Position numbers and translations under genes: made by a program. 64,000 nt of DNA, taken from the NCBI RefSeq assembly GCF_020745735.1, contig NC_083412.1, forward strand, positions 66,678,320 to 66,742,319, given 5' to 3'. Origin of the DNA: Hemiscyllium ocellatum (taxonomy: Eukaryota). Below the pieces are notes generated by a model. The model had not been told where the DNA came from. It searched no databases and worked only from the letters and a program-made list of their open reading frames with translations. The stretch's first letter is position 1. The number at the start of each line of letters is the position of its first letter. Below, piece after piece: positions 13,625-26,174 of the stretch.

Positions 13625-13886
13625 GTCTGATTAGGTGAGATTCCCTACAGTGTGAAAACAGGCCCTTTGGCCCAACAAGTCCACACCAACCCATTTCCCT
13701 CTGACTAATGCACCTAACATAATGGTCAATTTGGCATGGCCAAGTCACCTGCCCTGTACATCTTTGGACTGTGGGAGGAAACCACAGAGAGAATGTGCAA
13801 ACTCCACACAGAGAGCTAGCCAAGGCTGGAACTGAACCTAGGTCCCCAGTGCTGTGAGGCAGCAGTGCTAACCCCTATGCCACCTG
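13625..13886 (-). mobile_element. HE1/V-SINE-type tRNA-derived SINE
   Basis: Head ggtggcataggggttagcactgctgcctcacagcac with B-box-like ggttcagttcc; core ggtttcctcccacagtccaaagatgt; same family as 63118-63432. Confidence 0.85.
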
Positions 13887-14119
13887 TGGTCTTGTGATAG
13901 TAAAAAGTACTACAGAACTGTGATTTTATGAATGAATGAAACTGATAAAGTAGGGAGCTATGAATGAATGAAATGGGAATGCGATGTTCATTTGTGAGTG
14001 GTTTAGTAAAGGAATTATGAATGAGTAAATGTAAAACGTTTGTGAATGGGAAATATAAACTGCTTGTGAGTGAGTTAGTGAAGGGACCTAGAATGTAATA
14101 ACTCACACTACAAACTAAC

Positions 14120-14900
14120 AATCAGCAAGTAATTTGGAGGCGTTGATCATACGAGGATTTAAGTACTGGAGTTAAGAAGTTCTGCTGCAATTGTAAAGAG
14201 CTTTGGAATAGTTATAGTCTCCTTACCTAAGGAAGAATACACACTTGCAATGCAGGAAATTCAATGACGGTCCGATTCCTGGAATGGCAAGATTATGCTA
14301 TGGAGGGATGTGGATAAGGATACTGGGTCTGTGTTCTAGAGAGTTTATAGGTGATTTCATTGAAACTTTCAAAGTTCACAGGTCACATCTCAGTGTGAAA
14401 TGGAACGTTAAGGACTGAGGTGCAGAAGACTTTTTTCACTCAGAGGATCATAAATCTTTGAATTCTCTAATCCAGAGGCCATGGATGTATACCCAGATAT
14501 TCGGTATATTCAAGACGGAGATTGATAGGTATTAAAGATATTAAGGGATATAGGAACAATGTGAGAAATAGCATTGAATTTGAATTGGAGATGCAGGTGT
14601 TGGACTGGGGTGTACAAAGTTAAACATCACACAACATCAGGTTATAGTCCAACAGGTTTAATTGGAAGCACTCGCTTTCGGAGCACTGCCTGATGGACAA
14701 CCACCTGATGAAGAAGTGACGCTCTGAAAGCTAGTGTACTTCCAATTAAACCTGTTGGACTATAACTTGGTATTGTGTAATTTTTAACATTGAATTTGAA
14801 GTTTGACTTTGATCTAGTTTAGTGGCAAAACAGGCTCAGTGGGTCAAAGTGTATCCGATTAACTCCTACTTCCCAATTTCCGATATTTGAATAAAATCCA
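14120..14900 (+). mobile_element. Highly decayed CR1 3' region, interrupted by a palindromic element at 14585-14787
   Basis: Degenerate CR1 3' sequence (gtgatttcattgaaactttc...ttcactcagagg...attcaagacggagattgatagg). Confidence 0.6.
14585..14787. mobile_element. Short palindromic PLE-related retroposon with hammerhead-like cores
   Basis: Inverted arms (aggttatagtccaacaggtttaattggaag / cttccaattaaacctgttggactataac). Perfect 13-bp TSD cattgaatttgaa (14572-14584, 14788-14800). CTGATGA...GAAAGCT at 14705-14732. Confidence 0.8.
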
Positions 14901-15009
14901 TCTTTATGTTAATCATCTCTATGATTATTCCAGCATTTTCCTAATTTCTGTATGCAGATATATTAAAGCAGAACTTTATCTTGAGCATTAGAAGAATCAT
15001 ATTCAAATT

Positions 15010-15975
15010 AAAAACAAAAACAAATCACTGGAAAAACTCAGCAGACTTGGCAGCATCAATGGGGAGAAAACAGAGTTAACATTTCAGGTCCAGGAACGCT
15101 TCTTCAAAAATGATCATAGTTGGGAAAGTTTGCTAAATGCTAAAGTTGGGTTGGAGGAAGTAGGGAGGAGTAATAGAATCTGTACAGTGTCAAAACAGGC
15201 CCTTTGGCCCAACAAGTCCACACCAACACTCCAAAGAGTTACCCACCCAAACTCATTCCCCTACCCTGTCATCCTGTATTTACCGCTGACTAATGCACCT
15301 AATCTACACACCCCTGTACACTATGGGCAATTTAATATGGCCAATTCACCTAACCTGCACATCTTTGGGTTGTGTGAGGAAACCCACACAGACACAGGGA
15401 GAGTGTGCAAACTCCACACAGAGTTACCTGAGCCTGGAACTGAACCCAGGACCCTAGTGCTGTGAGGTAGCAGTGCTTGCCACTGAGCCATTGCAATATG
15501 TTGAGGTGATACCCAGAGAGTAAAAACAATTGGACAGAAAAAAGATTGGGTAAGGGTTAGCCTCAGGGAATCAATAGCTACTAATGGGAACTATTAGTGG
15601 CTGACAATGGGTTGTGTGTGGTAGCAGCCCATGTGATGACATGGTCTAATGTGTGGGTGTTGGGGAAGGACATGTGAGAAGGTGCTCAAGCCCTAAAGTT
15701 GTTGAAGCTGATATTGAGTCCAGAAAGTTGCAGGGTCCCCAAGTGGAAAATGAGGTGCTTTTCTTCCAGCTTATGTTGAGTTTCATTGGAGTCCTCCCTT
15801 AAGCCTGAGACAGAGATGTTTGCTGGAAAACACAGTACTGTGTTGAAGTGGCTTTTTGTGGACAGAGCATAAGTGCTCTGCAAAGTGGTCGTGTAGTCTG
15901 CGCTTCATCTCCCCAATGTAAAGGAGACCACATGGTGAGCAGCAGATACCTGTACCAGTGTTTTGTTTTGATCTC
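15010..15975 (-). mobile_element. Penelope-like element (different family) 3' part, with nested SINE
   Basis: ORFs 15783..15983 (ICCSPCGLLYIGEMKRRLHDHFAEH) and 15686..15883 (KLEEKHLIFHLGTLQLSGLN) are GIY-YIG endonuclease; terminus ggaaaaactcagcagacttggcagcatc. Confidence 0.8.
15175..15495 (-). mobile_element. HE1-type SINE nested in PLE
   Basis: tRNA-like head (ggctcagtggcaagcactgctacctcacagcac), conserved core and ttgggccaaagggcctgtttt tail. Confidence 0.85.
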
Positions 15976-16961
15976 CGATCCAAATTAGGCTCCCTCTGCT
16001 GGATACCTATGTAGCTACATAATGCTGTCTCATACGAACAACCTCACAGCCTGCCCTGGATTTTCCAATGGCCGGGTAGTAGTTTCCATGGCGTAGGTGG
16101 GAGCTGTGCATCAATATTTTGCGAAATCCCTGATGTAGCAGACACCAAGGGAATTGCTCAGGAATTTAATGAGTCTGATGAGTAATACTCGTGTGCCTGG
16201 AGCCTTTCCTAAACTTTCCATTTAAATCACAGAATACAAGGTGTGCTGGTATCATTGTTATTTACCCAAGGAAATAAACTCTTGGATAACTACTAAAATG
16301 ACCTTGAAATTTCCACCCCAAACGTCTTAATACCCCTTACCCCTGAGCTAGCACTCCCCTTCCCTCTTTGCTGGAGACAACACCACCCCCACACTGCCAG
16401 ATGTGATATATCCTGCTCACCTGCACCTATCCCTGAACACTCCACAATGCACCAGGCACTTGATCCACCTTGCACCCTGGTACTTTGCTGACCTCACACT
16501 CTGGCACCCTCTCCATCTGGCACTGTACCCACCTGGAAACTAACCACATCCAGCTCATTCTTACAGCGCCCCCACACCCACTTGTATATTTATCTTTTCC
16601 CAGGAGCTGTTAATGTGTCTGTCTGTGTGGCTGAATACTTAAACCAAGATGACAGCAAACATTGCTGTGAAAAGGGGGGATGTGATTCGGCTTCCTCTGG
16701 TTATCCTGCACCACAAGGATGCAGCAGCATTTATGATACATTCCACATTCCTGAAGGAACAGTGATTAGAATCTCCTGCCAGAAATGCAGAGCTCTGTTT
16801 TAACAGAAATGGTAGAAGTGAAGTGGCAATCTACGATTGCAACTGCTCTGAAAATCTAGCCCAGAGACCGGACAGTGTAGCACACCCTTTACTCAGCCTG
16901 GGTGCTATTGATTTGCTGTAAGAGTGGTGGATAATACATAAGGCTATGTTCATTTTCCATC

Positions 16962-18045
16962 TAGAGTCATAGAGATGTACAGCATGGAAACAGACCCTTC
17001 GGTCCAACCCGACCATGCCGACCAGATATCCCAACCCAATCTAGTCCCACCTGCCAGCACCCGGCCCATATCCCTCCAAACTCTTCCTATTCATATACCC
17101 ATCCAAATGCCTTTCAAATGTTGCAATTGTACCAGCCTCCACCACATCCTCTGGCAGCTCATTCCATACATGTACCACCCTCTCCGTGAAAAAGTTGCCC
17201 CTTAGGTTTCTTTTACATCTTTCCCCTCTCACCCTAAACCTTTGCCCTCTAGTTCTGGACTCCCCGACCCCAGGGAAAAGACTTTGTCTATTTATCCTAT
17301 CAATGCCCCTCATAATTTTGTAAACCACTATAAGGTCACCCCTCAGCCTCCGACGCTCCAGGGAAAACAACCCTAGCCTGTTCAGCCTCTCCCCAAAGCT
17401 CAAATCCTCCAACCCTGGCAACATCCTTGTAAATCTTCTCTGAACCCTTTCAAGTTTCACAACATCTTTCCGATAGGAAGGAGACCAGAATTGCATGCAA
17501 TATTCCAACAGTGGCCTAACCAATGTCCTGTACAGGTGCATCATGACCTTCCAACTCCTGTACTCAATACTCTGACCAATAAAGGAAAGCATACCAAACA
17601 CCTTCTTCACTATCCTATCTACCTGCGACTCCACTTTCAGAGAGCTATGAACCTGCACTCCAACGTCTCTTTGTTCAGCAACACTCCCTAGGACCTTACC
17701 ATTAAATGTATAAGTCTTGCTAAGATTAACTTTCCCAAAATGCAGCACCTCGCATTTATCTGAATTAAATTCCATCTGCCACTTCTCAGACCATTGGCCC
17801 ATATGGTCAAGATCCTGTTTTAATCTGAGATAACCCTCTTCGCTGTCCTCTACACCTCCAATTTTGGTGTCATCTGCAAACTTACTAAATGTACCTCTTA
17901 TGCTCGCATCCAAATCATTTATGTAAATGACAAAAAGTAGAGGACCCCAGCACCGATCCTTGTGGCACTCCACTGGTCACAGGCCTCCAGTCTGAAAAAC
18001 AAACATCCACCACCATCCTCTGTCTTCTACCTTTGAACCAGTTCT
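16962..18045 (-). mobile_element. Young CR1 LINE, 5'-truncated, with 310-codon open RT C-terminus
   Basis: ORF 17041..17973: [57 protein letters not shown]; tail ctctatgactctag. Confidence 0.95.
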
Positions 18046-18664
18046 ACAATTTGCTCAAGATATTAAAAGCCAATCACATGATCTGCTTCATCAGTATGAC
18101 TATATCCAGTATCCTTTGGCCTTTATGATATTGTTCCTCTTAACCTGTAATGTGATATATCTTCAAGCCTATAACTTCATACAATCTCCAACTCAGTCAT
18201 TTTTGATCCAGAATCTTAAAATCATAGATCAGCCACTTCAGTCTTTATTTCCAATCATAATCTTTAACTTTTTAAGGTCATTATTTGCATCCATTTTCAA
18301 CTTTTGTCTTTTCAATCAGGATGATTCTTTGTGATGTGCATTGAGGCTTTGCATCGTGATTAAGATTACATTATCTTCATGACATCAGTATGAACTGCAA
18401 ATCTGAATAATTACCCTTCCATTACTTGACACTGACCATGTAACCTCTTTAACTAAGATTTTGCTTTTTAGTGCTAAAATCTCCTAACATGGCTCAGTAT
18501 CAAATTATGTTGATAACTTATTTACAAAGTGTCTTGGGACCTTACTATATTAAAGATTTTACGATTTAAAATACAGGGCAATTCTCTCTCTCTGTCTCTA
18601 ATGAGAAAGTAGCCCTATCGTCCCCTGGGACTATGGCGATTTTACCTTATACAGAAGACACTGT

Positions 18665-19335
18665 ATCATAAAATCATGGAGTCATACATTGCAGAAACAG
18701 GCCCTTCTGTCCAACCCATCCATGCTAACCAGTTTCCCAAACTAAACTAGTCTCACTGGTCTGCATTTGGCTCATATCCCTCTAAACCTTTCCTACTCAT
18801 GTACCTGTCCAAATGTCTTTTAAATTACATCAACCACTTCGTCTGGAAATTCAATCCATATACAAACCACCTTCTGTGTGAAAAGGCTGCCTCTCAGGTC
18901 TCTTTCAAATCTTTCTTGTCTCACCTTAAAAATATGCTTTCTAGTTTTGAACTCCCCCACCCTCAGGGAGACACCTTTGTTATTCACCTTATCTATACCC
19001 CTCGTGATTTTATAAATCACTTTCAGGTTACTTCTCAACCTCCCAAGTTCCAATGAAAAAGTCACAGCCTATCCAACTTCTCCTTATAACTCAAATCCTC
19101 CATTCCCACTAACATCCTGGTAAATCTTTTCTGAAACCTCTCCAATTTAGTAATGTCCTTCCTATAGCAGGGTGACCAGACCTGCACACAGTCCTCCAAA
19201 AGTGGCTTCACCAATGCCCTGAACAACATGACATCCAAACTCTGAGACCCAATGGTCTGAGCAATGAAGGCATATGCACTAAATGCCTTTTTAACTACAC
19301 TGTCTATTGTTGATTTGTCTGTAACTGTCAAGGAG
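18665..19335 (-). mobile_element. CR1 LINE 3' fragment
   Basis: ORFs 19062..19346 and 18820..19065 (RALVKPLLEDCVQVWSP, FTQKVVCIW). Confidence 0.88.
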
Positions 19336-19559
19336 TAGTCAAGCAAACATTACCAACATGACTTTTGATGTGGGTAATAACATGCATTTCTTTTAGACAA
19401 GAGCAAGTCAGCAAAGTATTCACAATATTTATCTTGATGCCAAGGAACTTTCTTTTTTATTAATTCACTCAGGGATTTGGGCATCACAGTTTGGGTCAGT
19501 TTTTACTGTCCATTTGTAAGTTTTGTTATATTCAATCACATGATATGGGTATGACTGGC

Positions 19560-19990
19560 TCGGACAATACTTATTGCCTACCTTTCTTGAACTGCTCCAG
19601 TCCAAATGGTGGACGTACACACGAAATGCAATTAAGGAGAGAGTTCCAGGATTTTGACCCGATGACATGGAAGAAATAACAATATATATCCAAATCTGGA
19701 TGATGAATGGCTTGATGGGAACATGCTAGTGATAGTGTTCCCATGCAACTCTGTCCTTGCCCTTTGAGATGGAGGAGATCATCATTTGGAAGATGCTATC
19801 TAAGATGTTTTGTTGAGTTACTGAAGTGGTTCTTGTAGATGGTACACACCGCTGTTACTGAGCATCAGTGTGGAGGGTATGGATGTTAAAGGTGGTGGAT
19901 GGGGTGCAAGTGGATTGCTTTGTTCCAAATAGTGTCAAACATGTTGAGGTTTGTTGGACCTACACTCATCTGGGAAAGCGGAATGCACCT
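19560..19990 (-). mobile_element. Decayed LINE 3' fragment (L2/Crack/CR1-group); related pieces at about 24560-25500 and 49780-50235
   Basis: Shared segment ggaactctc...ggtcaaaatcctgg and atatattg motif with 50170-50235. Family assignment uncertain. Confidence 0.4.
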
Positions 19991-19994
19991 CATC

Positions 19995-20115
19995 CCATTC
20001 CTGACTTCTGCCTTGAAAAAGCCCTGATGAAGGGCTTTTGTCCGAAACGTCAATTTTCCTGCTCCTTGGATTCTGTCTGACCTGCTGCGCTTTTCCAGCA
20101 TCACTCTAATCTAGG
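19995..20115 (+). mobile_element. Isolated PLE terminus
   Basis: cctgatgaagggcttttgtccgaaacgtc...gacctgctgcgcttttccagca. Confidence 0.8.
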
Positions 20116-20197
20116 CTTAGGGGAGACAGGAGGTGAGTTATTTACCTCAGAATTCCCAACATCTGACTTGCTCTGATAGTTACATCATTTATAAGAC

Positions 20198-20310
20198 TAG
20201 GAGAAAATGAGGACTGCAGATGCTGGAGAGTCAGAGTTGAAAAGCATGGTGCTGGAAAAGAACAGCAGGTCAGGCAGCATCTGAGGAGCAGGGGAATCGA
20301 CATTTTGGCT
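20198..20310 (-). mobile_element. Isolated PLE terminus
   Basis: gagaaaatgaggactgcagatgctggaga...gaaaagaacagcaggtcaggcagcatc. Confidence 0.75.
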
Positions 20311-20509
20311 GGTCCGGTTAAGATTCCAGTCAACGCCCCTTTCCTGTCCACTCCCCATAACCCTTCACCTCATTACGAATTAAGAATTTATCTATCCCCT
20401 CCTGCCATTTTTTCAGTGTCCTGGAATTCACCACCTCCAATGCAACTATATCTTTCCTCAAATAAGGGTACCACAACTGTACACAAACTCCAATGCCTTG
20501 TATAGTTGC

Positions 20510-21591
20510 AACAATTTAATTAGAAATAGTCAACATGGATTCGTTAAGGGCAGGTCGTGTTTCACAAACTTCATTGATTTTTTTGAGAACATGACCAAGC
20601 AAATGGATGAGGGTGGTTGATGTAGTGTACATGAACTTCAGCAAAGCCTTTGATAAGGTTCCACATTGTAGGCTTTTGGAGAAAATGTGGAGGCATGGGA
20701 TTGAAGGTGATTAAGCAGTTTGCATTAGAAACTGGCTTTCAGTAAAAAGGCAGCGAGTGGTGGTTGATGGAAAATATTCAGCCTGGAGTCCGGTTACAAG
20801 TGGTGTACCAAAAGGATCTGTTTTGGGACCATTGCTGTTTGTCATATTTTATAAACGACTTGGATGCAGGCATAAGTGGTTGGGTTAGTAAATTTGCAGA
20901 TGATGGACAATGTAGAAGAATGTTGAAGGTTGCAGGGATATTTGGATAAACTGTAGAACTGGGCTGAAAGGTGGCAAATGGTGTTCAATGTAGCTAAAGG
21001 TAAGAATAACAGGAAGGTAAAATACTGGGTGAATGGAAAGATTCTTGGCAGTGTGGATATGCAGAGAGATCTTGGTGTCCATGGACATAGATCCCTGGAA
21101 GTTGCCACCCGGGTTGATAGTGCTGTTAAGAAGGTATACAGTGTGTTAGATTTCATTGGTAGAGGGATTGAGTTCCAGAGCTGTGATGTCATGCTGCAAC
21201 TGTACAAAACGCTGGTGCGGCCCCATTTGGAGTATTGTGTGCAGTTCTGGTCACCCCGTTACAGGAAGGATGTGGAAGCATTGGAAAAGGTGCAGAGGAG
21301 ATTTACCAGGATGTTGTCTGGTCTGAGGTGAAGATCTTATGAGGACAGGCTAAGGGACTTGTGTCTGTTCTCATTAGAGAGAAAAAGGCAAACAGGTATT
21401 TTAATAGAGACATTCCAGATGATCAGAGGATTAGGTAAGGTGTACAGTGAGACTCTTTTTCCTAGGATGATGACACCTGCAAATTGAGGGTTCATAGATT
21501 TAAGACAGATGTTAAAGGCAGGTTCTTCACTCAGAGAGTAGTAAGGGCATGGAATGCCCTGCCTGCCAATATAGTTAACTCAGTCACATTA
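20510..21591 (+). mobile_element. CR1 LINE RT region; its 3' tail resumes at 24186-24335 after the PLE composite
   Basis: ORF 20978..21331 (LQLYKTLVRPHLEYCVQFWSP); upstream QHGFVKGRSC-type sequence; tail ctatattctatgttct. Confidence 0.9.
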
Positions 21592-24185
21592 GGTCAGGCA
21601 GCATCAAAGAAGCAGGAGAATCGACATTTCTGGCATAAGCCCTTCTTCAGGAATGAGAAGGGTGTGCCAAAAAGGCTAAGATAAAAGGTAGGGAGGAGGG
21701 ACTTGGGGGAGGGGAGTTGGGAATGTGATAGGTAGAAGGACATTAAGGTGAGGGTGATAGGCAGGAGAGGGGATGGGGCGGAGAGGTCAGGAAGAAGATT
21801 GCAGGTCAAGAAGGTGGTGCTGACTCCGAGGGTTGGGACTGAGATAAGGTGGGCGGAGGGGAAATGAGGAAGCTGGAGAAATCTGGATTCATCCCTTGTG
21901 GTTGGAGGGTTCCTAGGCGAAAGATGAGGTGCTTTTCCTCCAGGCATCGTGTTGTCATGGTCTGGCGATGGAGGAGGCCAAGGACCTGCAAGTCCTTGGC
22001 GAAGTGGGAAGGGGAGTTAAAGTGTTCAGCCACAGGGCGTTTGGATTGGTTGGTGCGGGTGTCCCAGAGGTGTTCTCTGAAACGTTCTGCAAGTAGGCAG
22101 CCTGTCTCCCCAATGTAGAGGAGGCCACATCGGGTGCAGCGGATGCAGTAAATGATGTGTGTGGAGGTGCAGGTGAATTTGTGACGGATATGGAAGGATA
22201 AAAAATGAGGTCTGTAGATGCTGGAGATCACAGCTGAAAATGTGTTGCTGGTTAAAGCACAGCAGGTCAGGCAGCATCCAAGGAATAGGAAATTCGACGT
22301 TTCGGGCATAAGCCCTTCATCAGGAATGACAGCTGAAAATGGAAGGATCCCTTGCAGCCTTGGAGTGAAGGGAGGGGGGAGGTGTGGGCGCAGCTACACT
22401 GGCACCACCCCCCACCTTTCCTCATAAGATCTTCACCTCAGACCAGACAACATCCTGGTAAATCTCCTCTGCACCTTTTCCAATGCTTCCACATCCTTCC
22501 TGTAACGGGGTGACCAGAACTGCACACAATACTCCAAATGGGGCCGTACCAGCGTTTTGTACAGTTGCAGCATGACATCACAGCTCTGGAACCCAATCCC
22601 TCTACCAATGAAATCTAACACACTGTATACCTTCTTAACAGCACTATCAACCCGGGTGGCAACTTCCAGGGATCTATGTCCATGGACACCAAGATCTCTC
22701 TGCATATCCACACTGCCAAGAATCTTTCCATTCACCCAGCATTTTACCTTCCTGTTATTCTTACCTTTAGCTACATTGAACACCATTTGCCACCTTTTCC
22801 TTTGCTACATCGATGACTGTATCTGCGCTACCTCGTGCTCCCACAAGGAGGTTGAACAGTTCATCCACTTTACTAACACCTTCCACCCTGACCTCAAATT
22901 TATCTGGAATGTCTCAGACTCTTCCCTCCCCTTCCTAGACCTCTCCATTTCTATCTTGGACGAGCAACTCAACACAGACGTTTACTATAAACCGACCGAC
23001 TCTCACAGCTACCTAGATTACACCTCCTCCCACCCTGCCCCCTGTAAAAACGCCGTCCCATATTCCCAATTCCTTCGCCTCTGCCGCATCTGCTCCCAGG
23101 AGGACCAATTCCAATACTGAACAACCCAGATGGCCTCCTTCTTCAAAGACCGCAATTTCCCCTCAGACGTGGTTGTCGATGCTCTGCACCGTATTTCCTC
23201 CACTTCCTGCTCCTCCGCCCTTGAACCCTGCCCCTCCAATCGCCACCAGGACAGAACCCCACTGGTCCTCACCTACCACCCCACCAACCTCCAGATATAT
23301 CATATCATCCTTCGTCATTTCCGCCACCTCCAAACAGACCCCACCACCAAGGATATATTTCCCTCCTCTCCCCTATCAGCGTTCTGGAAAGACCACTCTG
23401 TCCGTGACTCCCTCGTCAGGTCCACACCCCCCACCAACCCAACCTCCACTCACGGCACCTTCCTCTGCAACCGCAAGAAATGCAAAACTTGCGCCCAAAT
23501 CTCCCCCCTTACTTCCCTCCAAAGCCCCAAGGGATCCTTCCATATCCATCACAAATTCACCTGCACCTCCACATACATCATTTACTGCGTCCGCTGCACC
23601 CAATGTGGCCTCCTCTACATTGGGGAGAGAGGCTGTTTACTTGCGGAATGTTTCAAAGAACACCTCTGGGACACCCGCACCAACCAACCCAACCGCCCCG
23701 TGGCTGAACACTTTAACTCCCCCTCCCACTCCGCCAAGGACATGCAGGTCCTTGGCCTCCTCCATCGCCAGACCATGGCAACACGACACCTGGAGGAAGA
23801 GCGCCTCATCTTCCACCTAGGAACCTTCCAACCACAAGGGATGAATGCAGATTTCTCCAGCTTCTTCATTTCCCCTCCCCCCACCTTATCTCAGTCCCAA
23901 CCCTCGGACTCAGCACCGCCTTGTTGACCTGCAATCTTCTTCCCGACCTCTCTGCCCCCACCCCCTCTCCAGCCTATCACCCTCACCTTAATCTCCTTCC
24001 ACCTATCGTTTTTCCAACTCCCCTCCCCCAAGTCCCTCCTCCCTATCTTTTTTCTTAGCCTGCTTGGCACATCCTCCTCATTCCTGAAGAAGAGCTTATG
24101 CCCGAAACATTGATTGTCCTGCTCCTTTGATCCAGCAACACATTTTTCAGCTCTGATCTCCAGCATTTGCAGTCCTCACTTTCTC
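21592..24185. mobile_element. Composite Penelope-like insertion: inverted PLE arm, inverted copy of neighbouring CR1 DNA, then forward PLE with RT C-terminus and GIY-YIG
   Basis: Forward arm 22798-24185: YIDDC, DVYYKPTDSHSYL, SQFLRLCRICS, CNRKKCKTC, IIYCVRCTQCGLLYIGE (ORFs 22557..23120, 23130..23927). Inverted arm 21592-22410. TSD ctcagtcacatta (21579-21591) / ctcagtcatatta (24186-24198). Confidence 0.9.
22200..22338 (-). mobile_element. Short PLE terminus inserted into the PLE arm
   Basis: 10-bp TSD atggaaggat (22190-22199, 22339-22348); intact hammerhead core at 22296-22323. Confidence 0.8.
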
Positions 24186-26174
24186 CTCAGTCATATTAAG
24201 AACATTTAAACAGTCCTTGGAGAAGCACATGAATGATGATGGGATAGTGTATGGTGATGGGCTTAAATTACAGGTCGGCGCAACATTGAGGGCTGAAGGG
24301 CCTCCTCTGCACTGTATTATTCTATATTCTATGTTCTGTATTTTTCTAATACTCCCCTACCTTCATTCCTTTAGCAATAAATGTTAAAATTGCATTTATC
24401 CTCCTTATTATCTGGTGTACTTGTATACTAATTTTCTGCGATTCACGCACAAACACTCCCAGATCCCTCTGTGTCAAGCCTTTTTGATGTCCCTCTACAT
24501 TTAGAATGAATTGCTCCTTAATTTTTTACGATAGAGGGATGATAATTGATGAACCAGCTGGAAATATTAGGGGCTACCACAGTATTGTAAGAAAATCCTG
24601 GAGTTGAGACGACTGACTTCCAACAACCACAATCATTTTCCTTTATTCTCAGTGTGATGCCAAAAAGTAGGGATTTTTCCCCAATTCAAATTTATTTTTC
24701 TAGAGCTCCTTAATGCCATACTCAGTCAAATAATGTCAAGGGCAGACACCTTCATTTCACCTCTGGATTTCAGGTCTGTTGTCCATATTTGGACCTAGTC
24801 AATATTATGACGCCAGGGACTGAGTCACCTGGTGGAACATCAGCCGAGCATCAGTAAGCAGGTTATTGTTGAGTAAGTGTCACCTGATAACTCAGTTGGT
24901 ACCACCTTCTATCATTGTGCTGTTGATCGAGAGTCATCTGATGGGATGCTAATTGGTCGGTTTGGATTTGCCCTGCTTTATGTGTACAGGATTTATTGGG
25001 GCATGGCTAGTTCAGTAGCACATGTCTTCAATCTAATTGCCAGAATGTTGTCAGAGCCCACAGACTTGGAAGTGTCCTGTGCATTCAGCCATTTCCTGAC
25101 TATCATGTGGACTGAAGCGCTTTGGCTGAAGGCTGTCATTTGTGATACTGCTGCCTTCTGGAAGACACCAAGATATATTATCTATTTTGGCATTTCTGGT
25201 CAGAAGGTGGATACAATTGTGTCAACCTTGCGTTTTGTGCTGCCATGATGGGCTCCATTATCATTGAGAATGCAGATATGCTCTGGAATTTAGATCTGAT
25301 CCATTACATATGGGATTGCTTAACCCTCTCTATCACTGCCTTGCTGTTTTGACATGCTAGTACAGTTGCCTTTTACATTCGCTGTGTTGACCCCTCATTT
25401 TTAGATCTGCCTGTGCTGCTCTGAATGAATTTCTGCACTTTTCATTGAACCATGGTTGAACCTCTGGCTTGGCAGTAATGGTAAAGTGAGGATATACTGG
25501 TGCTAGAGGTTACAGATTCAGATGAAATACAATTTTGCTGCAGCAACTCACAAAGGCTATTTCAGTAACACAAGCTGAGCCCAAAATATCCAGAAAATAG
25601 GGACCGAAGAAAATGCTCAGCAAAATCACACTGGTCCTTCCAATATTTTGATATAAGAAATAGGGATAGGTCAAAGAAGAATATTAGGTGTGAATAGGAA
25701 CAGGATGAGGGGCATTGTAGAAACATCAAAGAAAAGAAGGTCTTAGATGAATTTAATCAATCTTCATAAGGTCAAACTTCGCTTCAAGGAAATCAACAGT
25801 AAGCTTGAGACATACTGTACAATTTGACCACAAAAAATGTGATGTACCTGAAAAAATGTTTTTGTTCACAGGTTTGCACTCATGGCTGGGAGGCTGAAGA
25901 GAAGGATTGGCCCATGCTGCACCCTTCTTGTTTCCTGTGCACAGAGCTGCATTGCTGAATGTGATACACCACCACATCCTGCTCATATGCTATTGATGGA
26001 TGTTCAGCCTGATAAGATTAATAGATTATATTTTAGCTAGCAATAATGAGTGGGTTGGGATGAGTAAGGATTTAAATTAAAGAACTTTAATGACCACAAT
26101 TCAGCTCCAATGCTGTTACTTCTCAGTTTTACAGGCAGGTTTTTACCATGTGCTCTCTAAAATTAATATGTAGG

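Noticed and set aside
16604-16803. Cys-rich plus-strand frame after a good acceptor (GAVNVSVC...IYDTF...CQKCRALF*)
   Set aside because: No upstream exon or known domain; a 66-codon frame can arise by chance.
25520-25990. Coding-like plus-strand segment
   Set aside because: Stops in all frames; nothing recognisable.
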